Shown here: piece after piece, positions 1 through 18,752 of the stretch
How positions within the stretch are numbered: position 1 is the stretch's first letter
Layout of the letters: each line of letters begins with the position of its first letter
Source: Trichoplax sp. H2
Taxonomy: Eukaryota
Assembly: GCA_003344405.1 (NCBI GenBank)
Contig: NOWV01000022.1
Span: 124,001-188,000, forward strand
Length of the DNA stretch: 64,000 nucleotides
Direction of reading: 5' to 3'
Position numbers and translations under genes: made by a program
Notes under the pieces: generated by a model
The model's database searches: none
The model's input: the letters and a program-made list of their open reading frames with translations, nothing else
Told to the model about the DNA's origin: nothing

Positions 1-2247
1 CAGCGGCTCATTTGTTGCATGCGCCTGATTTACTTAGCGCAATCAAGCTTCTTTTTCTAGAAAAACCCTACAGTTTCAAACCTAGAATAATATTATTATA
101 ATTGCATACCGTATGACTTTAGTCTCGTACGGTTCTGTGAAATGGCTTAAAACTCACATAGAACAGTTTAGAAATTCTCTAGTCATATATCAATACTCGT
201 ATATAGGAAAGTAGCAGCCGTTTCGAACTGTAAGCGTATGGACTACTTGAAGAAAATCTTCTTCTGGTGGTTCGCGTATTCTACTGAATCGCTCTATAGC
301 CCATTCCTATGCGCGTACTCACAGGTATAGGAACTCGGAAAGCTTGAGGAGATAGAGTATAATCCTTGCGCGCACACACACATGGACATAAAACTTTTCT
401 AGATCTATATACATATTTAGATGTAACATACAATACAGGAAAGGTTTTGACGATTCTAGTCTCGTATGATTCTCATACAGAACAGTTTAGAGATTTTACG
501 AAATAGCGCTATCATCATTCCTGCAATACATGCATTTCACATCTATGTAATTATTAATTACAAATGAATTAAATTCAATAACACAATTCACTATATATGC
601 ACATATATTCAAATGCAATTCACTACAAAAATACATTTCTTAATTTACTACTGCTTTACCGCTAAATTTATCCGCTAATCAAGTAAAGGATAAAAATAAT
701 TTAGATCGTAATACTCGTAGGTTTGACGATACGACAGCCTAAGTGGATTGTAATATATTTAAACGGTTTTATTCGTATATAATCCCAAATTAAACGATAT
801 CATTGATTTAGACGAACTAGATAGACAATCGATTTATATTACTTTATTACGGATATTATCTAATTTGGATAGATTATGATAAAAATTTTAATGTAGTATA
901 AAATTTAAAACCAATTACCACCCTTGTCTTGGTTAATTTTTATTTTATTATGCAGTTGTGATTGATATATACATAGCAAGATTGGACATAATATTTATGA
1001 TGATTTAAATTTCATAATGGACTCGTGAGCTGAGTCTATCCTGCGATTGTACTGATTATTACTGCATTACTGTAAGATTATCAAATTAAGATTGTTCTTA
1101 TTTATAGCTAGTCCAAGGCTAATCATCGCCAGCAATTTATAATAGTTGTTGTTCTATGATCCATAAATTGAAGCAGATTCGAAATAGGATCATCCTGTAT
1201 AGTTTTACGACTGACAATCACATTAAATTTCGTCAGCTACCCATGAATTAAATCAATCCTCTAGTTATATTAATATTGATTCCCATACTACCGGTCATGA
1301 GATAAATTGAATTTTAGCTTTTTAGCGAATAATTAATAACGAATAGTTCCAATTTTGTTTTTCTATGACCATTTTCGCCGCCTTAAAAGCTAATTCCAAT
1401 TCTTTTATCCTATCTATAGTCAGTTCCTACTATACAGTAGATACTATAAGCGTATATACTTTATAATAGCATCAATAAGAATCCCAAAGTTTATAGACTA
1501 AAGCTATTGTTTTAAGATGTTTATTTGCTTCTTCAATAGCATTTATGACATCATTATGCGGCGAGTGTTAATACAATTTAAAGCCTATTGATGTATTCAT
1601 ACCTCCTTGAATATTAATTAAGTTGTTGCTAAGGATTAGCTTGACAACAGCGTTTACATCTATTTGGTAGAGCCTCCTGCAAATTAGTGGTTGTCAAAAG
1701 TATATAGCAATTGAGAACGAAAAATGACTAAGATAATCGTTGTGCTTAGTACATCATACAGAGTTGCGTAGCATGATATCAGCTATTATATTAGCAAGAA
1801 TAGGACACTACTGTAGTTAATCAGAGCTTAAAACACGAGTGCTGACTAATACATACAGGATAAGAAACAACCTGTAGCTAAGCGGAAACCATCAACGCTA
1901 TCATTTTGTGTCCATTAGTATACAAATGATTCAACCCATATCTACCAGAAGTTACCAATCTTTGCCGTACTAATCGATTTCTGCATCGCATAGTGGGCAT
2001 AATACTCCTCTCTCTCTATATATTGGAGTGTATGGTACACCATATTTATTGAAAAATCGCCTGGATATTGTTGTATTTTATTGGCAGAAGATTGATACTT
2101 TCGTACTATTGGAGTCAATCTCGACCAGTGGCCGGTTTTACTCCATAATTATTTGTTTCATCGAGTCTCTCTTCTTGTTAGTATTCGATACCTTCATTCC
2201 AATTAACATAGTTAAGTTTCTATTAAAAGAAGATCTGTAAAGCAATC

Positions 2248-5200
2248 ATGTCAAGCGAAGAAGAAGAGGTTCGTTAATTGTTACTTATAACATAGCATAG
2301 TAAATATATACCTAAAATCAAATCAAAATTAATATCTAAATTAAAAGTGTTTGATATAAGTTATCACTATGTCTTTCTTATGTTACTCACGAAGTGAAAA
2401 ACATGAAAGGGTGAAATAGCATTCGCTAATTTTTATTTAATATTTGAGTAATGATCGAATTATGTCTCGCTAGTCACAATCTTTATACACTAAAAATGAA
2501 ATTCCGTAATTAAAATCAAATGATTACTAATTAGTGATACTGATAACATTACTGTCTTCTTGGTAAAGTTGTTAAATCGTTACTAACCAATATTCCTTAC
2601 CATTAGCATGTTTTATGGCCATACTAAGTAACGCTATTTCATAAGGTTAAATCATTGAAGTTCTACCTCTACAATATTTTAAAACTTGTCGATTAGTTTC
2701 CTAAATATAGTCGAAATTTATAAAGTCATTAGATATTAAACATACTATGGATCATCTAGCATTAATGATTAATGATTTGAACATTGTTTGCCCAGAGTAT
2801 AAGCCATTATTTTAACTCCAAGAGATAATTGCCACTTCACCTTTGCAATAGCTAACCAATTTGGTACAGCAACGACATTAGATGAAAAAGTAACATCTAT
2901 TGAACTCGAAAATGGGGTTTTTAGCAAATTACTTGTATTTTTAGTTATTAGTATTATTTATTAGCAGATTTTTAGGCGTTAACTTATGATTAATAATACC
3001 CGATCCTTCTCCAACATTATGTAGAAGCAATACCTTGTTGACAGTTATATTGATAGAATGTGTATAATGCTATTAAAATATGACAGCTTTCCAAAAGAGA
3101 TATATCGTACCCCGTAACGTATATGATGGCATCTATAGTATCCCTTAAAAATATTAATAAGCCACTTAACTGTTAACAAGTAAAAATTTCATTGCCATTA
3201 ACATATATCTGCATATCATTCCGTTGCATACTATAAAATATTGTACAATACGTGCAGTATAGGTAGTATTGACATTTCAATTCAGATAGTCTTCCATCAA
3301 ACTGTGCAAATAGGATCGTTCTTTGAAAGCTAAAGTATTATCATTAGAAAGAGTCAATGTTATGAGCCTGTTCAAGATGAGAGCAATTTAAGCAAGACAT
3401 AAGTATAGTATAACCCTCTGAGCAATATGATAATGTTACTAAGACACTGTGAACTTATTATAGGCTAATAGTGTTGTGGAAAGTACCAGCAATGACGAAG
3501 AAGTGCCTGTAACAAATGTTGATGGTGATGATAATCAAGAAAAACAAGCAAAGCCACAGAATAAAAAATCTGGTAAAAACTTTGATAAAAAGTGATTATT
3601 CATAAATAACGATAAATAATACCGCCATCATAAATAATATAATTGATAATTTATGTAAGCTGTCATTCTAAATTGCTAGTATTGCCAGACGTCCTAAGTT
3701 ACTAAATTCAATATCCCAACTTGATGTTTTTCACAAAGTATTAATTCACGGACTGTCGTTAGAAATAATAAATTTTTGACTTATGAAATTGATCGTAAAT
3801 AAGCGATTTAATCCTCATACATCTACCAAACTACTGCCTACTATAATAATTAATTCAAATAAATTATAATTACCTTTATCTGATTAACTCATGATAGAAG
3901 AATGATGATGAAAACATGTAACATCTATTTTAAGATAAAACTTAAGTAAAAAATGAAATGATGACGTTAATTAAGATTTATAGAAAGGAAAGCAGGACAA
4001 TATAACATATTATAATAATCATTTATTTTAATACCGCAAGTAATTTCTTTCTCTTAATCTAATTTCAGGTAAAAAAGAAAGTAAACCACTTAAACAGCAA
4101 ATTATCTCTAGGGATGATTATCATTCTCGAAGTACACGAGCTATGACTAAAGAATTAATCAGCCTAACCAAATCGTTGAAAAAAATGGCTAAAGAAAGAC
4201 CCAAGACCGATTCGTAAGTCGTCTATAAGAAGAGTAGGATAAAGTCACTGTTTGATTGGTTCCTCACTAACATAATCAAACTCCAATGACTTCTTTACAC
4301 CGAAAAATAGGAAACCTTTTACACCCAATATTTATAACAATTTGAAACCTTACTATAGTACTGATACAACATGGTTTCTGTTTAAACATGTAAGTTGTAT
4401 TTTTTAGAGCACAATTAAAATTAATTTTAAAATAGAGAATATTCATAGATGTTATTGCTTGCTACTGCAGAATTTGAATTAGATCACAAATTAATTCATA
4501 TAATGAAATTGTCAAAAAATAGTTTATAAATTAATTATTTGAAAAACGGTGAATAAATTAAGTGCTTACTGTACGCTAACGTTTTGATCTAGCCTGAACC
4601 GTTCGAGTTAGCTGGTCATGGTCAACGTCCCACAGCGGTTGGCTTAGTTGGTAAGTTTAAAGAGAATATAGACTTATTATCAAATAAATTTCGCTATTTG
4701 ATTAATTCCTTAAATTTGATTCATTCTTTTGCAAAGATTTCAATTTTATGACTAAGCTGATTAAAAATAGATTTAATTTCATTAAAAACTTATTTCCTAA
4801 TTGACTGATATTTTATCCCATATTCCACAGAACCAAGAATATCATTGAATATGGATATGTAAGTTATTTAAATCATAGTATCAAACAAGGCTTAAACGAT
4901 TAGATTATATGCTGCCTCAAAAAGTGTTATGAAATTTGAAAATCTTAATATAACTTTAAGAATCGCTATTTAAGTCATTGACAATGTTGACTAATCATAA
5001 AAAATAATACTCAGGAAATTTGAATCTGTTGTTCGCACCGTTCATCCACAATATAAACGCCGCAAATCACCGTAAGACAATAATTAATAATCTTATAGAT
5101 AAGCTATCTTAGTTTACTTGGCTAAGATTAGTATTTTGACGCAATAAGTTATCTATTAATTGATATTGTTAGGCGTAAGAAAGCCGACAGAGTTAATCTA

Positions 5201-6251
5201 GTTGATGATAAAGAATCGAGGTCTAATGGCGGTAGTAATATTATTCAGTTTCCTAAAATACAGCCAGCGACAATCAGTGTTCGTGGTCGCGGACAATATG
5301 TCGATTATAAGGATCTACCGAAGATAAGGTACCGTAATAGATAATTCATTCGAAAGTACCATTAGGTACCTACACTAAGATAAGCTGATATAGGACAGCT
5401 TACAGATGCATGGTCTTGTGGGCGTCTGCCGCCTGGTTTTTGTTATTTGATGATTGTTAGAGCGTATAAACATTAAAGAGAATTTTTCGATATTATTTAA
5501 TGATGATCATTGGTTCATAAATTTAAATGTGAATAGATAATAATTATATCTAAATTTGTATTAATTCGCGTATAATAATTTAAAGAAAATTAATACAATC
5601 TCTAAGTTTTGATGAATAGTTAAATATTAGTGCTAGTTTAGCAACATCTTAATTTACTTTGGTATCATGTTGTCTATTTTCTACAGTCAACTAATAAATC
5701 GCAACCTGATTTTTTTATTACTGCTGAGCTGTTCAAAATATTACTGCTAGTTTATTACGGTACTTACTAAAATAAGATAGAATAGTATCCAAAATGGCTT
5801 TGTGAATGGGCTAGCGTAGCTATTCGGTAATGATAACTTATGGGGTATAACGGTCTCATCTTGGATTGTTAATATTCAATTAAAACCATTTCTATCGACA
5901 TTATCATTAAAGGTTAACAGGCAAATTGTTGTTTACTTACTAAAAAAGCAATAGCGTAGTCGCTTCAAAGCTAATAGAATCCCGTCATAATAGTCAGTAT
6001 CATAAAGGAGCATTCTATTTTACAATTTGATACTATTACCCAGGGATGAAATGAGACGAGAATACAACCTTCGTCGAGCTAAGCGCCAACAGATTGAAGG
6101 CCAGAAAGTCATCGACGATTTTGAAAGATCGAAATTAAACGAATTAAAAACAAGAATATCTGCAACATCGCAAATGCAGTTGAGATCTGCTGTTGTTTCT
6201 TATTTTGGGCCACCATCCTCAGCAGGAACAACTAATAGTACGGCAGTATAG
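2248..6251 (+). CDS. Uncharacterised ~10-exon protein (MSSEEEE...KPFTPNIYNNLKPYYSTDTTWFLFKHPEPFELAGHG...YVDYKDLPKIRDEMRREY...TNSTAV*)
   Basis: Phase-compatible GT-AG exons at about 2248-2272, 2852-2916, 3465-3572, 4069-4213, 4311-4389, 4593-4650, 4831-4858, 5016-5071, 5173-5328 and 6044-6251. The first two junctions are least certain. No family recognised. Confidence 0.65.
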
Positions 6252-6648
6252 ATACACTATATTCGAAGCACTATACCGCAGCATGAATAATATTTTTGTG
6301 CGTTAAAAACACGTGTGTACATCAACCATAATTTAAGGACTCATTTTTCGCGGTTCCTTTATACATTTTTCAATACTTAGTATACAGATATGAAATATCC
6401 AGTATCTCTTCTCCATTTAACAATAAATACGCTATAAAATAGAGGTCCAGACAACAAATTGCTTTTTGCAACTTAACTCATGAATCAATATTTTCTAACA
6501 GCTTATTTTACTGCGTCATTGTACTAATATAATTATAAACCATACATCATTTTTAATCGGATAATGAATACGTACTTGTATAATCTAACTGAAAATTTTC
6601 TTGGCTTTAAATGTTTCCGATTCACGAATCTAAGCATTAAATAAGCTT

Positions 6649-6670
6649 ACATATATATATATATATATAT
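6649..6670. repeat. (AT)n microsatellite
   Basis: Run of atatatat... read directly. Confidence 0.85.
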
Positions 6671-6942
6671 GTATTTTGTGTAGTTATTGCAGTAGCTTAC
6701 GGGATATTTTACATACTGATTTGTAAAACTGTAACATTTGTGCTCATCTAATAGTTTGTTGCATAAAGTATATAAAGTCAACTCTATTATTGTTTCTATG
6801 CAGTGAAATTTACTCGACTAATTCATCAACTATACAGTCAAGACTAAATAAGCTTAATTACTGAAGAAATAAATGCCAATTAAAGGTTTCTGTACGTTAA
6901 CCTGTTTAATTGTTTATAACTTCTACAGATTTTATCGAAAAA

Positions 6943-6986
6943 TAGAGATGACAATTGTCAGCTATAGAGATGACAATTGTCAGCTA
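6943..6986. repeat. 2 x 22-bp perfect tandem repeat containing the palindrome TGACAATTGTCA
   Basis: TAGAGATGACAATTGTCAGCTA occurs twice in a row. Confidence 0.9.
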
Positions 6987-8517
6987 TATGAATGAGTATT
7001 TAGCCTCAATATATACAATGTATTTCATATGAATAATACTATCAAGGTGTACTGAGTATTTACAAATAAATTTGGCAGGACGTTAGAGCTTACATTATTG
7101 CAATTACGTCGGGCTTCTATTAGTGATAAAGCAAACGAAGCTTAAATGTTAGATCGACTCGTATAATTTACTGTACAGTAGAATACTTTAGTACTGAAAC
7201 TGAAATATGGAACATGGCATGCAAGACCCTTTAAGTTGAAGGATCTTTACTAGCTCGTTAAATTAATTATGTATATTATACTGTCTACATGAGGGATAGT
7301 ATACAGTATACGATTGATTAGCAGTATCATAATCCTCATAAGGGTATTCATTTAACTTAGTTTGTTGACTATATACAAGCTTTAACACAATTTTTAATGT
7401 GTTTAATACTTCAATTTTACGATAGCTAACGTATTTTGAGCATCCTATCAGAAATGAACTTTAAGAAAATGATTATATTTCCTGATATTTTTCAGGATGT
7501 TTGTGCATGTATGTAAATTATCTAGTGGTTTAACGTCTACTATCCATATTTCACTATGATATCTGATCTATTTCTGTAGTTATAATACTTACTACATATT
7601 AGGTTGCCATACAACTAGTGATATTCGCACGCCTGTAGCAATGACGACACGAAGGCGAAAATTAAGCCTCTTAGGATTAATTATCTAAGGAACACAATCA
7701 TAGAATCACCAGTAATTCTGCCAATTTAATCTAGATATTGTCTATATTCAATTATAATTTACTAATTAAAAGAGTTTAATAGTTGTTATAATAGCTTGTG
7801 TAATGATCATAATTGAGAATAGTACGGTCATACAGTATAAAGAGTAAGGTATTACTACTTGGGTTGGTCTTCAATTGGTAGCACCTGTCTGCGATATGGC
7901 AATAATTTAGTTAGACGTAGCTTTGATCATGTCATTGCATTAGAATATTATTTATTTAAGCTAGTTAAATTCCACCAGGGGTTGCAACAATAGCGCCTTA
8001 TAATAGATATATTATGTGAATATGTTGCTGTAATATATAACTTATTCTTCTATTATTTCAATTTGCTAACTAGGGGTAAGATCTCCTATCTTTATTACGA
8101 TTGTTTATAATTAAATAGTAATAGTCGAGGTTTTTTTCAAATTTTTACAGAGAGTAATTACAGTTGCTTACCACTTGAGAATTAATTAATAAACTTTTCT
8201 TTACTTCAATCTAGATATTATCATAAAGGTAATAGTCTACTTGTTTAATATATCTATCGGTAATGGCGATATTACTGAATGGCAATTCTGATCATGACTG
8301 CTATTTCCCCAAAGCTGTAGTTTCAATGGCTATGTATGAATGATTGTTATAAGACATTCTATGTGCGCATATACATGTATATGAAACAGAAATATTGCTT
8401 CTAAGTGATGAAGGTGCATCATAGCAATTATATACAGACTGAAATCGACTGAAAACAACTATCGAAGCATAAATTAAAAGTTAATAAAAATATTTTCATT
8501 TTTCATTGCGTAATATT

Positions 8518-13964
<5,447 letters not shown>

Positions 13965-14218
13965 CTTTCTTCTCTTTTTAGTTTATATTCTTACAGGATA
14001 CCAGTTGATTGGATGATGAAACTTGATAGCACAGTAGTATACTTGTTAGATTAACCTGATCGAAATTTAAAGCAGTTTTTAAAAGTACAATCCACTTTTT
14101 ACTAACAATTTTAATATAGCATAATAAGCTCTAACGACTCGTTAGTGAAGTTGTACAACAATTTGTATGCTTTAGCATAGCACTGTATGTTGTAACTGTC
14201 TCTGCTCGATAGCGTTTG

Positions 14219-14232
14219 GTTGTCATGGTAAT
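14219..14232. promoter_or_regulatory. RFX X-box-like motif upstream of DRC1
   Basis: GTTGTCATGGTAAT is close to the GTTRYCATGGYAAC consensus and lies about 255 bp upstream of the ATG of a motile-cilia gene. Confidence 0.65.
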
Positions 14233-15388
14233 TTTGGTCAACCCATCTGTCCGTCGCTTGGAAAGAGCTTTGCACTACTGAGAGTGTAATGTCTGCAGAA
14301 GTGGGTTAGAGTGACTGTACGTTATCAAACGATACCTAATGATATAGCTTTCAATACAGGAAGATATTTTTGATATTCAACTTATATTTTAATAATTGTC
14401 TATCCTTTTAGATCAGATTGTGGAGTCTGTAAACAGTAATGTTATTTAACATTAGTCTCCTCTTTGAACCTATATAAGCGATTCTACTCATTCGATGAGG
14501 AGTCCATTAACGCCATACTCTTGTGACTGGATGGGTTATCATTTAAACCATCATTTTTGTCGTTTTCAGGCCATTAACAAGACTTTAGGAGCGGAATACA
14601 GTACTTTATATTAGAAAGCGGATAATCTCCAATTATAAGATATTGCAATAAAAAATAATGTTCAGTAGTGTCTAAGTACTCCAGTCTGTCCTAAAATTAT
14701 CCATTATTAAAATATTGGGATATAGATGCATGGCTAACATTTCCCTAAGAGGCTGACGTCATAAAATGTAAATTTAAAGCGTCTAATACTCAGTGCTCTA
14801 TCGTCCGATGTTTCGTAATATGTAAATGGTGTTGGCCATAAATGGACGATAGCCCAGAACTAATCGCAATACTTTGGCGTCAATATACGCTATACTACGA
14901 TAAATAAAATCGCCATTTTTTTGCATGCTACAATAAGAGCAGTGTCAAATAGTACGTTCATGTATTCTAATCTAGTCTAGAATAGCTAATTATGAAAATA
15001 TTGGAAAAAACATGTAAACATCAACATTTCGCTCCAATTTGCTATCATGAAAGCAAGAATGCCTCATACTCAGCGGTATATCGCTAGGTGTCATTTGGTA
15101 ATAGACACTTATTTTGACTGGAATGTAAAGCATAATTGCAAAATGATAGGTAATCAGACGGACAGACGCTCGTACTATCTTGTCGACGTGGACAATCTAA
15201 AGGGTCTCTATTCTCCACCATAGGGTGCTACTCAAGCCGTCGGAGCTTTTCGATTTTGAATCAGAAAGCTCGAACTCGATGTTTATTTATCATTAAATTA
15301 ACAGTAATATATTCCGTAATTATCGTATAAGACTATTATTTATTGTTCATTGAAATATTAAATATTATCTTGGAAAGATTTAGTGGAT

Positions 15389-16438
15389 ATGGCTGAAGTT
15401 GCGTACGTATTGAGCCGTATGATGATGCCGGATGATGCCAACGGTCTAGGAAATGTACATGGTGGAGAGGTACTAAAGTTAATGGAAGAAGCAGGCCATA
15501 TAGTAGCAACAAGGCACTGTAATGCTGGTAATTATAATAATTCTTGCTCACCAAGAGTAGCTGTACTAGCCCGAGTTGAACAGATGGATTTTTTGAAGCC
15601 AATGTTCATTAGTGAAGTTGCTCATGTAACTGCAGAAATTACCTATGTTTCACAGCAATCGATCGAGGTCAAGATTAATGTTTATGCAGAGAATATTTTA
15701 AAAAATGACCAGCGATTTACAAATCGGGGAATTTTATGGTATGTAGCGGTGAAAGCTGTCGCTTCTACTGAATATGCGGTTAGTACCGTTCCACCCCTTA
15801 CTTATAAGGATCCTCAAGACGAAGAAGACGGTCGAAAGAGGTTTGAGTTTCAGAAAAGAGATCGTCAAGCTAGTAAGGAACTATATAAGTTGTACGAATC
15901 AGGTCAGCCTTTGGTCAATGATTGGAATGGTAGTGGAATAGTAGCTGATAGTACTGAAAAATATACTGTCAAGAGATCTCAATCTACTTTGATACACTCT
16001 ATACTTCCATCTGATTGTTACTCGTCCAAGTTTTCCACTGGAGGTTCGGTTATGAAGCTTATGGACACTGCTGGTGCTCTATCGGCCATTCGTCATAGTA
16101 AGACGCCATGTGTAACAGCATCTATTGATGCTATCAATTTTCATCACCCTATGAGGCAATCTAACGTGATAACTATTTCTGGAAGAGTTACTTTCACATC
16201 GGCTAAGTCGATGGAAGTTGAGGTGATTGTTATCACGGAAGATTTAAGTACTGGTAAAAAGCACTTTTCGTGCAGTGCATTCTTTAACTTTGTATCGGTT
16301 GATAGCAGTGGTCGAGTACTCCCTGTTCCACCACTTGTTTTAAAAACTGATTCGGAAAAGAAACGCTTTGAAAGCGGAAAACAGCGGTACTCAGCTAGGA
16401 AGCAACGTCGGTTATCGAGAGAGACGACCAAAAACTAG
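15389..16438 (+). CDS. ACOT7: ACOT7-like acyl-CoA thioesterase, paralog 1 (double hotdog fold, single coding exon seen)
   Basis: PDDANGLGNVHGGEVLKLMEEAG...TRHCN, KLMDTAG, CVTASIDAINFH and GRVTFTSAKSMEVEV. First ATG is at 15389. Confidence 0.88.
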   Translation: MAEVAYVLSRMMMPDDANGLGNVHGGEVLKLMEEAGHIVATRHCNAGNYNNSCSPRVAVLARVEQMDFLKPMFISEVAHVTAEITYVSQQSIEVKINVYAENILKNDQRFTNRGILWYVAVKAVASTEYAVSTVPPLTYKDPQDEEDGRKRFEFQKRDRQASKELYKLYESGQPLVNDWNGSGIVADSTEKYTVKRSQSTLIHSILPSDCYSSKFSTGGSVMKLMDTAGALSAIRHSKTPCVTASIDAINFHHPMRQSNVITISGRVTFTSAKSMEVEVIVITEDLSTGKKHFSCSAFFNFVSVDSSGRVLPVPPLVLKTDSEKKRFESGKQRYSARKQRRLSRETTKN

Positions 16439-17530
16439 ATAATTAACTGTCTATTCCTATATTACGAATAAGTTTGTTTAGAGTTGTAAATTGCAACATA
16501 TACAGTAATACAGAGTGCCTATACGAACAATGTCGAATAATTTATATACGTCGTATGATTGTGAGATTATACAATATCATGATATACGCGTGTAGGTACA
16601 GTATAGTGTATTATCATGGACAATTATTTACAGCAATGTAAAACTTAATATATCAAGAGAGTTGCTTAACATCACAACGCTATACGATATGCAGTACAAT
16701 ATATTTAAGGTCAGCTTACACTTGCTTATGTTTTCTCGTAGTTGCATGTTTATACCGGCACACTATGTTATATAATATACAAAGTAAGAATGAGGTGATA
16801 TGATTTGGTATTTTGATCAAGATCCTAGCATGCAGTATGTTATATATCAGATTAATAAATTATATACCAAGATAAATTATAAGTTGGTTCATTTGGTGTT
16901 TCTTTATGTAATATTGCTCAAGCAGAGCTTCATCTTTAGGTATGTGTAATAGAATGGTTAATTATCACTATGAAGGGTGCCATGGAGAATAAATTTATTT
17001 TTGTCTAGTATGAGATCCATTCAGGCTTCAAGTATATGTTACATGCTTTAATGGACTACAACTTGATAGGATATTTATTGTAAACCTTTCTATTATGGAG
17101 AAATTTTATATCATCAGCTTATACAATATCAGAGCTATTCTTAACTCATTATTTAGATGCCAGATTTGTAATTCTATAGGGATGTTTATTAAAGATGCAG
17201 TTGCATTTTAATGGCGTGATCTAAAATGTCTGTCTTACGATATATAATAAACACGCAGGTGAAGCAATTTCAGTTGGATAACAAAAAAAATACTTTATTT
17301 ACAAGAGAGCAAATTTATAGGATTACACACAAGTATTGTACTGACGTAAATAATATAGGAATTATAAGTACAAATTATAAGCATGATCATTTAAATTAGA
17401 AGGCTGAAAGTTATACAGTAAACTTTTGCTAAAAGGAATATCAGAGACAGTTAATTTATAAAGGTATCGATATTGTAAATTTTTCATTAGTTTATAGTGA
17501 ATTGCATATTTTGGGGTGATAGTCATAGTT

Positions 17531-18457
17531 ATGCAAAGTTGAGACCCTCTATCCGTTTTATTTATCGCAGTTAATCGTGTAATCTACCTTATACTATAAT
17601 TAGATTGTTTCATTATAAATAATAAAACATTGTTACTATTATTATTATCGGAATTTATTTAAAAATTGCTAGTTATGAGTCGGCATATTTTTATGAGTCT
17701 GTATACAAATTTCTGTAGACATACTTTACATACATGGAGAATGGATACCAGCTGATTTTGAATTATGCCAAAAATGTATAGTTTAAGAATGCTAGAACAG
17801 ATCATATACATATATATATAACATATCGAGGTTTTTATTAATAGTCATGCAAAGTCGCTCTATCCGTTTTATATATCGTAGTTAATCGTGTAATTCTACC
17901 TTATACTGTCATTAGATTATTTCATTGTAAATAATAAAACATTGTTATTATTATTATTATCGGAATTTATTTAAAGATTGCTAGTTATGAGTCAGCATAT
18001 TTTTATGAGTCTGCATACAAATTTCTGTAGACATATACTTTACATACATGGAGAATGGATACCACTTGATTTTAAACTATGCCAAGAAAGTATAGTTTAA
18101 GAATGCTAGAACAGATCATATACATATATATAACATATCGAGATTTTTATTAATAGTAATGCAAAGTTGAGACCCTCTATCCGTTTTATTTATCGTAGTT
18201 AATCGTGTAATTCTACCTTATACAGTCATTATATTATTTCATTATAAATAATAAAACATTATTATTATTATTATTGTTATTATCGGAATTTATTTAAAAA
18301 TTGCTAGTTATAAGTCTGTATACTAATTTCTTTAGACATATACTTTAAATACATGGAGAATGGATATCAGTTGATTTTGAGCTGTGCCAAGAAAGTATAG
18401 TTTAAGAACGCTAGAACAGATCATATATAACCTATACCGGATAGAGGTTTTTATTAT
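17531..18457. repeat. Three tandem copies of a ~314-bp unit
   Basis: Units begin ATGCAAAGT...CTCTATCCGTTTTAT at about 17531, 17847 and 18159 and share TACATGGAGAATGGATA and GCTAGAACAGATCATA. Confidence 0.9.
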
Positions 18458-18752
18458 TACCTGAAGGGTTAATATACTGCACGTATATGTGGTACAACCG
18501 CAATCTAACACAGTAAACTAACACCGTACGTCCAAGCTGCGGGAGTCTGTCTACGCAGGCAGTACCCACATATCCACTATGTAGTATATCGTAAAGTAGA
18601 CTATCAAGTGTCGTTACGGACTACAGAGGTTAATGGGTGTCCACTGTCCAGTAGACAACTACAGAGCTGCGCTTGCTCACTAGCAACGCGAATTAATCAA
18701 GTTAAAGTATTTTATCATCGATGTTATTTTGGATTGGTATTGAAGGAAGAGG

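Noticed and set aside
1625..1638. X-box-like GTTGCTAAGGATTA upstream of the first gene (also GTAACCATGGAGA at ~35899 and ~36284)
   Set aside because: Only one half-site matches well, which is expected by chance.
15336..16431. Antisense ORFs over ACOT and similar shadows over the SNF2-like, caspase and IVD exons
   Set aside because: Shadow frames of real coding exons with no independent support.
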